Source: Carcharhinus amblyrhynchos (Eukaryota). From it: a stretch of DNA of 64,000 bases. Positions 60,680-64,000 of this stretch are shown here, in pieces. The notes beneath the pieces were generated by a model. The model ran no database searches. It saw nothing but the letters and a program-made list of their open reading frames with translations, and had not been told where the DNA came from. Every line of letters begins with the position of its first letter. The stretch's first letter is position 1. Location of the stretch: positions 620,001-684,000 of the forward strand of contig OZ336877.1 of NCBI GenBank assembly GCA_965287045.1. The letters run 5' to 3'. The position numbers and the translations under genes were made by a program.

Positions 60680-61560
60680 AGACACGCCAGAGAAAAGCTT
60701 CTTTCATGTTTGCAGACCAGGACTGCTCCAGGCGAGAGATTGTCCAGAAATTTAGTGATGCCTCGAGGAATATTCTCCACCCCACTGAAGACTGCAGGTC
60801 CACCAATCTCACCACTCCAGCTTGGGAGACTGTAACAAAAGTGGTCAGTGCCAACTTCACTCAGAAGAGATCTGCCATCCAGTGCAGGAAGAGAATAAAT
60901 GATCTCATCCGTGCCACCAGGGTAAGTCTATCATTTCATTACTCTTAACTCACAAACCCACCAGCCCAAATATTCACATTCATCTCACACGCTGCCAGCC
61001 CCAAGCGACATCAGCACTCACTCATCCACACACCTTCACAACACCAAGAAACTCATAGCCTCCAGAGCTCTGGTCCTCACCTACTTCATGACTCCACTCA
61101 TGACACACATGAACCAGGCAGCTCTTCATCTCTGTTAATGAAAGACAAGATCGTCCAAGGAACAGGGAGAGGTTTTAGAGCTGGAGTGGAGTGTGGCCGA
61201 CATCATGCACCTCACTCCCTTTGAGGAGTGTGCCAGTACACTGGCTGGCAAGGGTGTTGACCATGCCTATGAGGATGGTGAGCTGGGCAGTGCACACCCA
61301 AGTGAGGATCCTGAACAAGTCCATCCAATAGGCAGTCACACGGGGAGTGCTTTGTCATCTTTTCAAGTCCTTTACCGCGCACTGATTTTCACTACGCTTG
61401 TTCACGAGTGCCTCTAGAAAGTTCCCATGGCCACCCGCAAGCAAGGCCCTCAGCCTGAGTCTCAGGGACACCTTGGATAAGGAAGCTGAAGCCAGCACAT
61501 TAAAAGTGTCATCACAGTGCTCACTCATACCTTCCACCAGCACAGATACACACACCTCAG
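60680..61560 (+). pseudogene. Harbinger Myb/SANT-like gene relic with exon-intron structure
   Basis: KFSDAS...TTPAWETVTKVVSANFTQKRSAIQCRKRINDLIRATR followed by a g/gtaagt donor at about 60922. Second block VADIMHLTPFEECASTLAG and PSTSTDTHTS. Confidence 0.8.
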
Positions 61561-61739
61561 CGGAACGGAGAGCTGCGAAAATTTACAAAATGAAGAAGGA
61601 GAATTTAACGAGACAATGGAGAATAAGCTGAACTCCAAGAAAAGGCAACTAAAAAATAAGAACAAGTCCAGTGGAGAAATGTGTCAGGAGATTAAGAGCT
61701 TGAAGAAGGGAAACATGGCAATGAGAAGTTAATCAAAAT

Positions 61740-62170
61740 ATTATTTCTACCAAAGTGGATAACCTCACATTTGCTAACATTATATTCCATCTGCCAGGTC
61801 CTCGCCCACTCACTCAGCCTATCCAAATCTCTCTGCAGACTTTCCACACCCTCCACGCAATTTGCTTTTCCACTCATCTTTGTGTCATCAGCAAATTTCG
61901 TTACCCTACACTCAGCCTCTTTCTCCAGATCATCTATATAAATGGTAAATAGCTGAGGCCCCAGCACCGATCCCTGCGGCACTCCACTAGTCACCAACCG
62001 CCAATCCGAATAGCACCCATTGATACCAACTCTCTGCTTCCTATTAGACAACCAATCCTCTATTCACGCGAATGACTTACCCTCAACTCTGTGCACCCTA
62101 ACCTTCTGTAGCAAACCTTATCAAATGCCTTCTGGAAATCTAAAAACACCACATCCACCGGTTCCCCTCT
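61740..62170 (-). mobile_element. CR1 internal RT fragment, young subfamily
   Basis: NRKQRVGINGCYSDWRLVTSGVPQGSVLGPQLFTIYIDDL...KFADDTK...KCEVIHFG. Confidence 0.92.
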
Positions 62171-62184
62171 GTCTACAGAATCTG

Positions 62185-62315
62185 TAATTCCACATTTTTA
62201 CTGATTTCAAAATTCTCCAGCCGCCATGACAGGATTCAAGCCCACGTCCCCAGGTCTTTCCCTGAGGGCTTTGGCTTTTTAGTCCAGTGAAAATGCCACG
62301 ATAGCACTGCCTCCC
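62185..62315 (-). mobile_element. tRNA-derived SINE head
   Basis: Reverse complement ggggaggcagtgctatcgtggcattttcactggacta...tgaatcctgtcatggcgg. Same family as 42495-43512. Confidence 0.65.
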
Positions 62316-62852
62316 CTTGGAAAGAAAGTTGTCTGGGTGACAGGGAACAAAAACACAGTGGTGATTGGTTGTTTTCTGGACTGGAGGAATTTGCTGTTCC
62401 GACCACAGCAAACATGATCTGCTCGACAAACCAAATCCCAGAGGCAAAAACTTGTCTTACTGATCAGAACCGAAAAAACTACTGATCCCAGAAGCATTCA
62501 TTCCAGTCACACTTTGGTGATTTTTTGGTTAAAACTATTATTTTAAAAAATATCTGAATTATTTGATAATGAAGAAATTTGACATTCAACAAATCTAAAA
62601 TTAGCTTCAGTTCGGTCTAATGAAGGTATTGAATGGTAATTATGAACTTACAGCGTGCTATTAAAAACCCAGCTATACTTCACTCAACAAGGCAGGATTT
62701 TTTGAAGGATTTTTGAAGCGAGGTTAGAAGCAGAAAAGGACAAGTTCTGTTCAGTTCAGTAATTTCTTCTTGATTACAATTTGGGGGATAGGCAAAGGTA
62801 CATCCTACTGAGAAACACAAAATCATTTACAGCAGCTTCTGGATATCCCAGG

Positions 62853-63115
62853 GGTGGCACTGCTGCCTCACACTGCTGGGACCCGGGTTCAATTCTGCCC
62901 TTGGTGACTGTGTGGAGTTTGCACATCCTCCCAGTGTCTGTGTGGGTTCCCTCTCACAGTCCCAGGTTAGGAGGTATGGCTATGCTAAAATGCCCCTTTG
63001 TACCAGGGAGATGAGCAGGGTAAATATAAGGGGGTAGGACCCGAGTGGGATTGTTGTCAGTACAGGCTTGATGGGCAAAATGGCCTCCTTCTGCACTGTA
63101 GAGATTCAATTTTAT
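62853..63115 (+). mobile_element. HE1-type V-SINE (internally deleted)
   Basis: gcactgctgcctcac..gggacccgggttcaatt, partial V-domain and tail. Confidence 0.85.
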
Positions 63116-63159
63116 GAACACCTCCTAACTACACATGTGTAGGCTCAAGAACCGCTGTT

Positions 63160-63220
63160 ACAAGAAACAACACATTTCACTGCATATTAATACATGTGAC
63201 AAATAATCAAATCAAATCTA
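63160..63220 (+). mobile_element. Rex1/Babar-like terminal tail
   Basis: caagaaacaacacatttcactg...acatgtgacaaataatcaaatcaaatc. Confidence 0.7.
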
Positions 63221-64000
63221 TTGCTGTTTTGTTGAAGACAAGAGGTCTATTAACAATTTCTAAATTAATCAAAACTTGGCTGTCTGGAATTAGCTTTCCA
63301 TACAAAGTAATTGTGTTATTGCTGGTAGGACAAAACTTCCCTGTATGAGTTAAACTCCTTCAATAGATCTTGTTCTGATCCTTATTAAACAAATGAGATC
63401 TGCATTAGCAAACCAAATAGACCCAAGAATCAAATTAAATTCATCATCCAGCCTCATCACAATAATTAAACTGAGCTGCAGACACAAACCAGGCTTCCCA
63501 CATCATTTCAACAGTCAGGACCTTACCAATGTTGCCTGTACTGGGGCCCACGGGTGAATCCAAGACATACGGGGAGCAAGACTCCAGAAGATGCATCCCA
63601 GCTTCAACGACTCCACATGACATGTTTCTCAAGTGTGTATTCTGTTCGAGGCAGCTTAGGGGCCAATACCTGTGAATGTAAAAGAGTTTAACAATCTGAC
63701 CTGAATAAGCACAGATTTCAATATTGAAATGAAACCTGAGTATGGTTCGCTAATAAAATGTGTCGCACCAATTTAGCAGTTATCTGAATGCCTGTGTGGA
63801 TGTGCTGAACAACCTGTACTCTGCCAACATGGATATTATTACACACATATTGGGCCTATAAAAAGTTAAACCCATGTTTTTATGCCTATAAAATTCAGTG
63901 ATTCAGTTCTTGAAAAACGTGGAGCAACATTCTTTCATTTTAAAAAGTGTTATTGAGTTTGCCTTCAGAATAAATTAACAAATACAGTAAAACCTGACCA

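Noticed and set aside
61560-61735. Coiled-coil coding exon
   Set aside because: It is a short Lys/Glu-rich stretch between two transposon fragments with no splice sites, and is more likely a TE ORF remnant.
1-64000. A prokaryote-style novel system (CRISPR array, retron, defence operon) or a host gene
   Set aside because: There is no regularly spaced repeat-spacer array, no operon-like gene density and no recognisable host exons. All RT, integrase and nuclease motifs belong to decayed eukaryotic transposons.

Overview
This is eukaryotic, repeat-dominated, non-coding DNA, most likely from an elasmobranch (shark or ray). The inference rests on abundant HE1-type V-SINEs, CR1/HER1-type LINEs and SacSINE1-like DeuSINEs. 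I found no convincing host protein-coding exon, functional RNA gene, CRISPR array or prokaryotic operon. Essentially every recognisable ORF is a transposon relic. The window holds many CR1 copies, some young with uninterrupted RT frames, plus Rex1/Babar and L2 fragments and at least three Penelope-like (PLE) families with GIY-YIG or hammerhead-ribozyme-like motifs. It also holds PIF/Harbinger transposase and Myb/SANT relics with their MITEs, a GalEa-type Ty1/copia relic, a multi-layer Ty3/gypsy nest and candidate solo LTRs. The most interesting signals are a palindromic PLE-type element with hammerhead cores on both arms, inverted PLE structures, the GalEa copia relic, deep insertion nests, a V-SINE tail swap and a double fold-back at a CR1 5' junction. 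All family assignments come from motif recognition by eye, not database searches. Coordinates are approximate (tens of bp) unless stated exactly. I cannot support a claim of a new biological system.
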